Source of the DNA: Vicugna vicugna
Taxonomy: Eukaryota
NCBI GenBank assembly: GCA_013265495.1
Contig: MU058687.1
Coordinates: forward strand, 4,648,093 to 4,712,092
Direction: 5' to 3'
Length of the DNA stretch: 64,000 bases
The notes under the pieces were generated by a model. That model was not told the origin of the DNA. It saw only the letters and a list, made by a program, of their open reading frames with translations, and ran no database searches. Positions 1 through 10,766 of the stretch are shown here, piece by piece. Both the position numbers and the translations under genes were made by a program. Numbering within the stretch: position 1 is the first letter of the stretch; each line of letters begins with the position of its first letter.

Positions 1-623
1 TTTTTAATGAATTCTTTCTTAGTTAAGCTCCATATTTCTCGCTGCCGAATCTTTTATTTCAGAAGCACCAGATCATTTTGTACTATGTGTAACAAACCTC
101 AGGTGCATGTGTATTAGCAGGTTGATTTTTATCCATCAGGTTTCTAAAAATGGGCTATAACTAGCCTGTAATGAGACGACCAGCCAGAGGCTAATTTCTG
201 TGGTATTTCTTCCCGATGCCAGAACAGGTGGAGGTTGACAAGTCACCAGCTCCCACTTCACATAATAAAGATGTAATTCCAGCCATTCAAGTTTGTATTG
301 AAAGCAAATCTTTTCATTCCTTATTTTTCAATTAGTGCAGAGCGTAGCCCCATGACCTCTAGCTACGGGAGGCCAGACGCACACTTATTCTTAACTAGAT
401 GGCGCGCACAGAGACCGCAGTTGGCATTTCCTCAGCTGCTCCTGCAGAAGTCTTGAACATTTTTCCGCAGCACGTGCTTGCCTGAGAGGTGCTATTTGAA
501 ACATTAGGTGTGATGAGTGAGACGATAAAAAGCCAGAGCCTATTGGGAAGAAAATAGAGGCTCTCTGACTTTACACACCTGAGCGTGACTGATCACTTTC
601 TCAGTTAGCAGATTACTCTAGAC

Positions 624-751
624 GAGAGATCACCAAACATTTCCTGGAAGGGGCCAGATGGTAAACATCTTCAGTTTTGCAGGACATACAGTCTCGCTTC
701 CACCACAACCCCTCCACTCTGCCACAGGCAGGACAAGTTTGCTGACTCCTG
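624..751 (+). mobile_element. MER58A-like hAT-Charlie MITE, internally deleted, inserted in a MIR
   Basis: caaacatttcctggaaggggccagatggtaaacatcttcagttttgcagg...agtttgctgactcctg follows the MER58A ends. Near-perfect 8-bp target duplication ctctagac (616-623) / ccctagac (752-759). Confidence 0.8.
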
Positions 752-1294
752 CCCTAGACTTAACCTTCCTGATCTGAAAATGGCAATAATAAAGTCTATA
801 TGAACAAGGGTGTTGGGGTTAAAAATTTTATCTACACAAAGAACCTAACACAGAATTTGATGCATAAATAAGATTTCAGTAAATGCGAACTAGTGTTGTG
901 ATTATAATAAGTGAATTTTAGAGCTGCAAGGAATCTTGGAGATCGTAGTCGATTTTCTCCTTTTAAAGGATGTCTAAATGGAGGATCCAAGAAGTGCAGG
1001 GATGTAACCAAGGCTAGTGAAATGTGTTTCCCCACAGTTCTGTTCATATCACCAGTCTCAGAATTCCCCGGTAGTAGTGCAGCATCAAGCCAAGCCGTAT
1101 CTTAGGGGCTATTTGAGCACTGAGTCAACATGAGTGCATCAAATGTCAACCATACATGAGACCTATGCTGTGTATTACAGATGATACAAGGATCAGTGAA
1201 GTCCTTATCTTTGAAGATCTAACAGTTTTTATTTACCCAAGTAACTATAGTGAGGTGGGAAGTAACAAGTGTTAAAAGAGTGTACGTGTGCCAA

Positions 1295-1495
1295 GTCCTG
1301 TGTGCCAAGCATTCCTCTTAGGTGCTCACATGTTTTATCTCATATGATCCCCTCAACAGTTCAAATTACCAGCATTTTATCTTTGAAGATACCGAGGCTC
1401 AAAAGTTAAGTAATCTGCCCAAGGTCAAGAGTTAGCAAGTGCTGGAGCAAGGATTTGAACTTGTTTCTTTCATTACACAATGTACTTTCTACCAG
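1295..1495 (-). mobile_element. MIR SINE
   Basis: Antisense MIR core: gaggctcaaaagttaagtaatctgcccaaggtcaagagttagcaagtgctggagcaaggatttgaac. Confidence 0.8.
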
Positions 1496-1506
1496 CTGTT
1501 GGAGAA

Positions 1507-2053
1507 GTATTTTTCTGTTACCAACTGCTGTATAACAAGCTACTCTAAAACACGAAAACATCCATGTTGTTTGCTTGTGTTTCCATGGGTCAGCAATTTA
1601 AGTGGACCTAGCCGGGTAGTTCTGAAGGTGTCACATGGCGCCCTCACGTGGTTGTGGTTATCTGGCGGATGAACTGAGGGTGATGGTCTAAGATGGTCTC
1701 ACTCGCGTAGCTGGTTAGCTCTGGCTGCTAATCTAGGGGGAGTCTTAGGTGGTTGGCCATCTCTGCTCCATGTGACCTCTCACTCTCTACTTGGCTAGCC
1801 TGGTCTTTTCACACAGGGGTCTCAGGGCTGCATTCTAAGACAGTGATAACAATAGTAGCAAGAACGTTTAAGAGCTTGGAAGTCACACAACTGTGCTTTC
1901 ACTGCACTCAGTTGATTAAGAGCCAGTCCAGATTCAGTGGGTTGGGAGAGATAAAGTCTGCCTACTAGTAGGAGAAGAAGCAAAGTCACATTATAAAAGG
2001 GTGGGCACGCGGGGATGGGGAGGTTCTTGCCGTATTTGTTGATAATCTACCAC
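1507..2053 (-). mobile_element. Old ERVL-MaLR solo LTR (MLT1H-K type)
   Basis: ctgctgtataacaagctactctaaaac...gggtcagcaattt...ctctgctccatgtgacctctc...ggaagtcacacaac...ccagattcagtggg...aatctaccaca is typical antisense MLT1 LTR sequence. Confidence 0.8.
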
Positions 2054-3379
2054 AAGATCCTAACTGAGCTCTGAGTTGGGCCTTATCAGTCATGTAAAGA
2101 TTTAGAAAGTGTAGACTTCTGCAGAGCAGGGATTAGAAAGAACAGCATTGGTTTGTAGCTGAGAATGGGGCCACCACCCACCTGTACTGTATTATCTAGG
2201 AAATTTTCTTCTGCCTTTGGTCTAACAAAGAAACGTCCATTACTGTACAGAGACATAATTACAAGAGTGGTTTCCATGTATATGATGCTTCTCACTCTTT
2301 AGAGGATTTTCATTTCTATTGTATTATATCAAATATGCTACATAGTTTTATTGCATTTTATTACTCAGAGAAAGAGGGCAGAGGTACTCCCTCCTTTCTT
2401 GTCTGCCATTTGGTGTCATCTTTGCCACAGAGCGGATTCTCAGCTCACTTTCCAAAGACAGTCGGGTGGACCATCAGCGGTGATTGCCTGGGGCCGAGTG
2501 TTAGCCCCAGCAGCTGTTTGTTGTGAAGATGAACGTTTGATGGACTTTAAGATGGAAAGGAAGAAAGAGGAGAAATTTGATTTCGTTGGCAGCTGTCTTA
2601 CCCATCTTCATTAAGATGGACTGTGGACACTGCAAGGCCATTCTGAACCAGTGGTCATAAAACTAATAGGCATCAGTCAACCTGGGCAGCTCGTATCGCT
2701 GCTTGAGATCTGTCATCTGGGTGGTTATTGCAGAAGGAGGAGGAATCTCCTATAGGGAACACAGCCGTCGTTGTGTGACAGAAGTGAAACTGAAAGAAAT
2801 AGATTTTTCTTTTAGCTGCAAATCAAACCCTTACACGTCATCCCTTGAAGGTGACAGCACCTGATTCTCTAAGGCAGGGTTCAAGTGAATCATTCAGGCT
2901 TCCAGAAGGCAACTGGATTAATCCCCATGTGTGTGCATGCAAATGCATGTGTGGATGTGCCCATGTGTTCACATGTGATGAAAATCTGTGTGACTCCTCG
3001 TTTGAAGTCTTGGGTGTGGCTATATGTGGGTGTATAAGGGATGAATCTGTGGACTGGAGGTTTGAGGAGGGGAACTGAGATGTAGAGTGAGGTGAGAATA
3101 GGAGATGATCCAGTCCTAATTAGGGGAATCTTTAAATGAGTAGGCAATAATATTCAGTTCCCCAGATTTCTGGCTCTAAACTCTTTCCCTCCAAAAATGT
3201 TTACTGAAGGGAGGCAACAAAACATATCCTTTTTTCTGATGATCAGGCATTTCAGATGGTAGCCTGCCATGCATGTCTGTCTCCATTTCTGAGGTTCTTT
3301 TGTATTTCAGTCCAACGCCTCACATCCCATGGGTTGTAAGAATAATGGTAGCAGTTACTATATCTTGAGCCCTTGTCCC

Positions 3380-3565
3380 ATGGCTGATGTTTAGTATGTA
3401 TTACAATGTCTGTGATCCATACAAGAACCCTTTTAAGATAGATATCATTATCCTTAGGCAACTACGGCTCAGAGAGGTTAAGTAACTTACCCAAGGACAC
3501 ACAGCTTGTGAAGTGGCAGTGCAGAGATCCGGGACTCAAAGCCCAGAACCTCCCACTGTACTACC
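3380..3565 (-). mobile_element. MIR SINE
   Basis: MIR core: ggctcagagaggttaagtaacttacccaaggacacacagcttgtgaagtggcag. Confidence 0.8.
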
Positions 3566-4031
3566 CTGTCTCTTCAAGTCCTGGGGCAAGAGGAGACACC
3601 CTAGATGAATGGTATAAAGATTCATGAAGGAATTTTTGATTCAGCTCTTGTCTAATCTTCTTTGGAAAGTCTCCTCAGCTGCCATAAAATCAAAACCCCA
3701 GCTGTCTCATCTAATAGTGTTATTGGAAAGAAAGCAAAGCTCCTGGGCAGTGGAGATGTTTGAAATCAGAAGGGACTTGCTAGGTCGGCTGGTGACTCTA
3801 CTCTAACATGTGCTCCAGCCACCGTTGCTATGCCGTACAGAAAATGAGGTCTGGATGGGTCAACGCGCACAGCCGCGGTGCTGGGGTTAATGGCAGAGTG
3901 GGCATGCCTTCTCTTTGCTCCTTGCCCTTTCTCCTCTCCAGCACTGCACATTTCTCCTGGAATAATTTATGTTTCTTCAGTGTCATATTAAAGAAGAAGG
4001 CAAAAGCCACTCAGTTGTGATCAGCTCAGGC

Positions 4032-4231
4032 CAGGGGTTGGCAAACCTTTTCTGTAAAAGGTCAGATAGTAAATTACTTTTGGCTTTTCAGATGTAAAGG
4101 ATCCTTGTTGCAACTCTTCAATTCTGTCCTTGCAGTTGGAGAGCAGTCACAGGCCATATGTAAATGATGACCTCATTCAGTGTAACTGTATTTACACACA
4201 CAGGAGGGCTGGGCTTGGCTTGCCCACCCCT
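4032..4231 (+). mobile_element. MER58A hAT-Charlie MITE
   Basis: Starts caggggttggcaaaccttttctgtaaaaggtcagatagtaaat and ends ttgcccacccct, matching the MER58A termini. Confidence 0.85.
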
Positions 4232-4908
4232 TCCAGAAGCCTTTCGGTGGGTAGCGGTCCAGGGAAACGTCAGCCTCGGCCCCAGGGGTAACAATGTAGT
4301 AGTTGGCGTTTGGGGGGTGACAGTAAGAACAGTGCCATCTCTTTACGTTTGCTTCATGCTCTACTGCTTACAAGGTACTCAGACAATTATCAGCCCGAAT
4401 CATCCTTTTCAAACCACTGCTCAAAAAGGGGACTCACCAGCTGAGAAGTGTGGCAATAATGAAAGGAGAAGGAGGTAAACTGTGCTCAGTGGTAGAAGTT
4501 GTGGGTGGGATGCACATGCCTGGAGAGGTTAGTTGCATGCCTCCTAGCCCTGGGTGGGTTGGGGAGCAGTTCATTCAGAGGCACAATGAGCCTCAGAGTC
4601 CCCTGAACATGCACCTGCCTGCCGGTCAGTTTGAGCTTTGTGTTTAAACCCGTGCGGAAAAGAGAGGCTGGGTCTGAGAGGCTGCCATCCGAGGAGAGCT
4701 TTTCATCTCTGCTCACCACCTTTTCCGATCCTGATATGTTGGTGAGTAGCTCTGAAAAGTGACCCGTTAACTCCATTCACTCAACAAACATTTACCTAAC
4801 ACTTAGAGGTCTTTGCTCGGTGTTAAAAGTGGATGGGTTCGTGAGGCATGTATCTCTGAGATGCCCTAAAGCATCTTTTGCTCCACAGACAAACACCCAC
4901 AGGAACAT

Positions 4909-4980
4909 GCTGCAGGCCCCGGACATCCATGCTGCAGACCCCGGGCATCCACGCTGCAGACCCCGGGCATCCACACTGCA
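4909..4980. repeat. 22-bp GC-rich minisatellite, about 3.3 copies (gctgcagaccccgggcatccac)
   Basis: Units at 4909, 4931 and 4953. Copies 2 and 3 are identical; copy 1 has 3 differences. Confidence 0.95.
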
Positions 4981-5009
4981 ACTGCCAGCAGCACCACAGT
5001 GCTTGTTGG

Positions 5010-5232
5010 GTTTTGGAAGCAAATGTGTGGGACCGATTTCTGGTTCTGCCACTTGTTAGCTGTGTGACCTTGGACAAGTGCCATATCCTAGACTCTTTGT
5101 CAGGTTTCTCATCTGTAAAATGGAGCTAACGTATTCTTTAGTATGGATGGTGAGGATTTAAGAGCTATACGTGGAAAGTGCTTATATGCCTGGCCTTGGG
5201 AGTGCTCAAATAAATGCCAACTGTTATTATTA
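5010..5232 (+). mobile_element. MIR SINE
   Basis: ggttctgccacttgttagctgtgtgaccttggacaagt...tttctcatctgtaaaatgg...gtgctcaaataaatg. Confidence 0.85.
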
Positions 5233-7089
5233 GTGGTATTAATATTAGTATTGCTGTTGTAATTGCTGGTGAAGAATAACTACCCAGACTACTATGTGCA
5301 GACCACGCAAACCCTTACTTTTTTCACTGTGGACTTCATATGTTTTCAGGGTCCTAGCTACTTGGATCTTAGGACATTTCTCTAGCACCTAGAGTTTCCA
5401 TAGCCAATGTATCTTTTGAGAGTTGTTAACAACCAGAGTTAAATGAGGTGAGCAGCACCTGTCTCCTGCCATTTCATAGACAGGAGGATTCTTTGGACTT
5501 ATCTAGGCCAAAATCACATTTTGGAGATAAGGACCTGAGGTTCATAGACAGTAAATGACTTTGTCAAAGTGATACACGTGGGGCAGAACGAGGGTAAGAA
5601 CTTCAGCAATTGGGCATTTTTCTTCTGGATCTAAAAATCCTCCCCCAGCCATTTCTAAGTTATTCCATTTCACATAACAATTTTCTCATATTCACCTGAT
5701 TATCTTAAGGATCCCACTGATAACAAAAGATGAATGAATAAACTGTCACGTAACCCCATGAAGCCCTGTGGCTTCATCTCGCCTGCCTTCAGTTTCCTCA
5801 TCCGCCTCTAGTGAGGGAAGTTACATTCAAGAATTTCTAAGGTGGCTCTCAGTTCAGATAAAATACTGTCTTAAGGAATAAGATGGGGTCAGAGTGGAAC
5901 GGTATAGAAATCTTGGTGTCAGTGGATCTAGGCTATTCCTTTCAATCTATGGAAAGTTTAAAAACAATATCCTTGAAAAAAAAAACTGAAAAAATAGTTG
6001 TGTTCTAGCGTGGAAGAGCCACAAGGCTGTGCAGAAATGTTCAATGTGATTCCATCTCGGCAATGACCTGCGTGTGTTGACCCTAAGTTGTTCTCTGTTC
6101 CTCCAGAGCTTTCTGCTCTGCTGTGGAGCTTCTCTAGGAGCTGGGGTGTCCGCTGAAATCCCTTCCAGAGCGATTGACATCCACTGATTCTGTTGTATCT
6201 GGCCCAGAGGTGAGGGATCAAAATCAAGACATCACAGCCACTCCAGACTGTGTGTTCCCTCTGAGGACAACACAGGCATCCTTGTTGTAACCTCCTCACT
6301 TGACAACTCTTCCTTTTTAGTCTTCATTATCATGCCTCTTCCATTCCCTTTGCTCTTGACATTGGACGCTTGCGTCATAGCAAGTGTTTTGTATTTAAAG
6401 ACAGATGCCATTTTATGTAGTTTCTCGCCCACTAATATACTCACCTGTAAACAATCTTTGACTTTAAAGGCAATGCTGGATGCTTTGGCAGTGATTCAGG
6501 CATATATATATATCTGTTTTAATACAAGGTTATTTGTTTGCTTGGCTGTTTTTAATGGCTATTCATTAACACCATGATCTTATCTGGAAAACTCATTTAA
6601 TCTGCACAGAACTTAGAGGGTGGTGTTCACATCCCCTGCTGCCAGCTTTCCAAGGTCTCCAGGTGGCTGGTTTCTCGCTTTCCTCTCAGCCCTGACACCT
6701 AGTTCATCATCAGAGATAAGCCCCGGTTGTCTGCAAATTGCAATCTCATCAGGTCCACAAGATAGCATCTTGTTTGACTCTGCTCTGCGCCTTCTATTAA
6801 CACCTCGAAACTGGGGCTTTGGGAAGAAGCCGGACCTCACCACATGCACGACTGTGGTTGATGAACAGATTCCGGTTTTCCCCATTATTGGCTTCATTAA
6901 ACCTGACAGCCCTTTTAGTCTTCGGATAGGGTGAACCTTTTTTCACTGACCCTTATTAACAGCTGTCTCCTTAAGAAGGGTCACTGGGGAAGGTGTAGGT
7001 GGGGGCCACTCCTTCTATTTCCAGAAAGTTGCTGATTTTGGTAAACAACCTTGATTCAGCTTTTAAAGTTCTTTTACTTCTCTCATTAT

Positions 7090-7275
7090 AGCAGTCACCA
7101 TTTACCAAGTGCTTACAATGCACCAGGCCCTGGAAATGGTCTCATTTCTTCCCCGTGATGCATAGGTACTATTATTATTCCCATTTTCTCGTAAACTGAA
7201 TTTTAAAAAGATTAAATAAGTTGCCCCAGGTCTCAGAACAATAAAGGGACAGAGCTGGGAGTTGAATCAATCTAT
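7090..7275 (-). mobile_element. MIR SINE
   Basis: catttaccaagtgcttacaatgcaccaggc...taggtactattattattcccatttt...ttgccccaggtctcag...cagagctgggagttgaa. Confidence 0.75.
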
Positions 7276-7279
7276 AAGG

Positions 7280-7432
7280 ACACCGGTCATGTTAGATTGG
7301 GGCCCCCCCATGCTAATCTCATTTTAACTTAATTACGTCTTTAAAAACCCTGTCTCCACATACAGTTGCACTCTGAGGTCCTAGGGGTTAGCATTTCAAA
7401 ACATAAAACTGGAGGGAACACAGTTAAATGCC
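7280..7432 (-). mobile_element. MLT1A/B-type LTR fragment (5' part)
   Basis: ctcattttaacttaattacgtctttaaaaaccctgtctccacatacagttgcactctgaggtcctaggggttagcatttc. Confidence 0.75.
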
Positions 7433-7789
7433 GTCTTTGGCCTGTGTCTGCCTTGGGAATTTATTTTTACGTTTTCTTACCAATCACTCAGGTTTCATTT
7501 CTCTAATCTTACCCTCTCTTTCCCTCGTCTCCTCCAGGCTGTTGTGTAGCCAGCCTTAACAGTTACTTGCTTGTCCTTCTGGTTGCCCATTCCATTGGAA
7601 GGACTTGGGATGCTGCACCTTAAGGTCTTTGCGATTAGACTGCTCCTTAGGGCTTCTAATGAATCCTCTAGGAACATTTTAACTCACGTGTGATGTTCTC
7701 CTAAAGACGCCATGGCTATTCTTTTACATATTTGTATAAGCTACTTCTGGAGCGCATCCTGAGTGCTGAGAAGAGGTTTTATTTTTAAT

Positions 7790-7862
7790 AATTTTGAGGA
7801 CAGGGTCCATGAATCGTATACCTTATCTTGGATGCCCTGAAGGAGGTCCAGAAAGATTTGAT
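7790..7862 (-). mobile_element. Possible MER103C fragment
   Basis: ttttgaggacagggtccatg...ctgaaggaggtcca loosely matches the antisense MER103C end. Short and degenerate. Confidence 0.3.
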
Positions 7863-9169
7863 TCTTTGTAGGTTCAGCTGACAGCCAGGTAGAAGCTAAC
7901 TAAAGTATGAAATCAAAAGTATCTCTTTGTCTTACAGGAAAGCAACTATTACCATTAAGAATGTGGCAAAGAACAAATTATGGAGATTATACACTGACTG
8001 TGTGCAATTACCAGGGTTTATTTTTCCTCATCAGCACAGGGAAGTGTTCTAATCTTTTGCCAGGATGCCTACTTCTTACATGCCTGTGCTCTGTCCAAAT
8101 CTGCCACTGCAGCACAGCCCAGTTTTCCTTGGAAACCTGGCAGCCCATGAGTTACGTTGGAGCTTTCAGGTGATCTTAATGTATCTAATTTCCCTCACTG
8201 TACTTCCCTTATCCTGTAATGCACTGTTGATTCCAGTTGTCTAAACCTGATGGGAAATAGCCAGAATTATTGTAATGGCACCATTCAGTGCCTCAAGGAT
8301 TAAAATATGCCTGGTAAAAACAGGGGACCTTTACAGTGCCTCATAGCAACTGGTTATTATTCTTTTCCCCAAACACGCTTTGATAGGTATTTGGGAATAA
8401 TTCTTTTCAAGTTCTGAAGTGTGTGAAATATACTATATATTATTCTAAATTTAGGAGCAGTGCTCCATTCTGTTCAAAAAAAAAAAAAGAGGGGTGTCTC
8501 CGTGGAGAAACTATTTATGAAAAGATTAAATGAGTCTTTCCTGAAATATGGCCTGATCCCAAAGAAAGGGAAACCACCACCCCTTCCAAAGGTCACCGGG
8601 AGTCAAGTGGGAAATAAATCAAAATACAGTAGACTGCGAACAAAGGTATTAACAATTGGGCAAAAGTCAAGTTCCAGGGTACTAAAGTAGAGAGCGGTAT
8701 TACCAGAGATAACATCAGACTTTTCTACAGAATAGGTAAAAGTTATGAAGTTTTTATGACCAAATGGGTTGATCACATTCCTGGCCTTACTGTTCTACAA
8801 TAGAGAAGAGGATATATGAAGTCACACCAGAGTGTATTTCTATTAGCTCTGTCCATTGTGTTAGCCCATCCAGAACGAGCTACAATAGAAGGAAGTTACG
8901 CCTTAGAAAACTATTTATTTAGTGCATTTCAACGCTACACAAAGCTTTATTTCTTAATGAGTTCTTATTTGTCACTAGAAAGAAACTAGGACGAAGTATG
9001 GCCCTTTGGGGAGAGGGTTAAATAAGAAGTGCGTTTCCAGACTGTAGCACATGCAAACAGCATTCTGAAATAACAGACGTCAAAATTAACGAGGCTGAAT
9101 CCATTGCTCTGTTAGGTGTAAATCTCTAACTTCACTCAGTGCTGGGAAGAGTGACTCTTCCATCAGGTA

Positions 9170-9528
9170 TGTCTTAGCCTGTTCAAGCTGCGGTAGGCAA
9201 ATACCCTAGACAGGCAGCTTGTGAACAACAGAGATTTATTTCTTACAGTTCTGAAGGCTGGGAAGTCCAGAATCACGGTGCGGGCAGGTTCAGTATTCAG
9301 ATTTGGTAAGGGCCTGATTTCTGCTTCGTACGTGGTACCTTCTCGCTGTGTCCTTACACAATCGAAGAGGTGAGGGAGCTCTTTTATAAGAACACCGATC
9401 CCATTCACGAGGGCTCACTCTCATGACCTAATCACCTCCCGAAGTCCCCGCCTCCTAATGCCATCACACTGGACCTTAGGATTTCAGCACATGAATTTGG
9501 GGAGGATGCAGACCTTCAGACCACAGCA
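9170..9528 (-). mobile_element. MLT1A0-like MaLR solo LTR
   Basis: TG...CA termini (tgtcttagcc...ccacagca), internal atttatttcttacagttctgaaggctgggaagtcc and catgacctaatcacctccc. 5-bp target duplication aggta/aggtg. Confidence 0.9.
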
Positions 9529-10298
9529 AGGTGGGAAGTATGGTTCCTACTTCTTTTTATTTTCCATACTGTATGTCCTAAAGACCCTAACAAGACTGAG
9601 AACTCTGGGAAAATGTTATACTAATTCACATCAGAAGAGTACCACGCAAACATCCTTGGCCTCCAACACCCTGCAAATGCATCTCATCCTTGACTCAAAA
9701 TGGACATTTGATGGAGATGCTGAGGGAAAAAAAAAATGTGCATCAAATAGAGATTCCATTATTATTCTCTTCATGGATGTTAGCTGTGGAGATTTTTTAG
9801 CCAGAAAGGAAACCCAGTCTCTCATAGGCAAACTGCCTGGGTGATACTCAAATATTAAACAACCCGTAGGAAGCATGGCCAAGCAAAACTGACTCTGCCT
9901 TGGGTGTCCTGCTGAGACAGGCATTGACCCATTAGTTGCTGAATTATAGAAAGAGGGAGAAAGGTCAAAATGATCAGTGCTAGGGGCTTGTTTGAAGCAG
10001 TGACTCTTTGCCGTCTATTTATACAAGAATTTCACATGTTCATAATTTGTGTAACTATATGGGTGTGCCTCAGTTGATACAGACCTCGCATGTTGCCAGT
10101 TCTGAGATGCGGACTCCACTGGGAACTCCGCAGAAAACTCTGTCCTATTGTGCTGGACTCATCATCCTGTAATAGCTCTCCGTTTCCCTGTCTCTCTCCT
10201 GTTATTATGGAGGTGGGAAGTTGCAGTCTTGGGGGGATAGTTTTTTCTTAATCGTTTATTACTTGAATGGGATCAGGAAGTTTTTCTGTATTAAGAGG

Positions 10299-10766
10299 TG
10301 CGTTCATTTCCTAGGGATTCCATAACAGTATACCACCAGCTGAGTGGCTTAAAACAGTAGAAATTTATTGTGTCATAGTCCTTGGAGGCTGAAAGTTCAA
10401 AATCAAAGTGTCAGCAGGTCTGTGCACCCACTGAAGTTTCTAGGGGTGGAGCCTTCCTTGCCTCTTTCAGCTTCTGCTTCTGGTGTTTTGCTGGTAATCC
10501 TTGGCATTCCTTGGCTTTCAGATGTAGCACTTCGGTCTTTGTCTCTGCTGCCATGTGACACCTTCCTTTTGTGTGTCTGGGTGTCTTCTCCTCTTCTTAT
10601 AAACACATCGGTCTTATTGCATTGATGCCCCCCCCACTGTAGTATGACTTCACCTTAACTAATAACATCTGCCATTACCCCATTTCCAAATAAGGTCACA
10701 TTCTGAGATACTAGGAGTTAAGACTTGAACACACCTTTTGGGGAAGAAACAATTCAACCCATAAGA
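10299..10766 (-). mobile_element. MLT1C-like MaLR solo LTR
   Basis: tttcctagggattccataac...ggcttaaaacagtagaaatttattg...ccaaataaggtcacattctgagatactaggagttaagactt...aattcaacccata, flanked by agagg on both sides. Confidence 0.9.

Noticed and set aside
7794..7871. Frame LRTGSMNRIPYLGCPEGG resembling the N-terminal half of a titin-type Ig domain, just upstream of the Ig-like fossil
   Set aside because: It lacks the core Trp, ends in a stop, and the DNA is explained as well by a degenerate MER103C fragment. Not counted as support.
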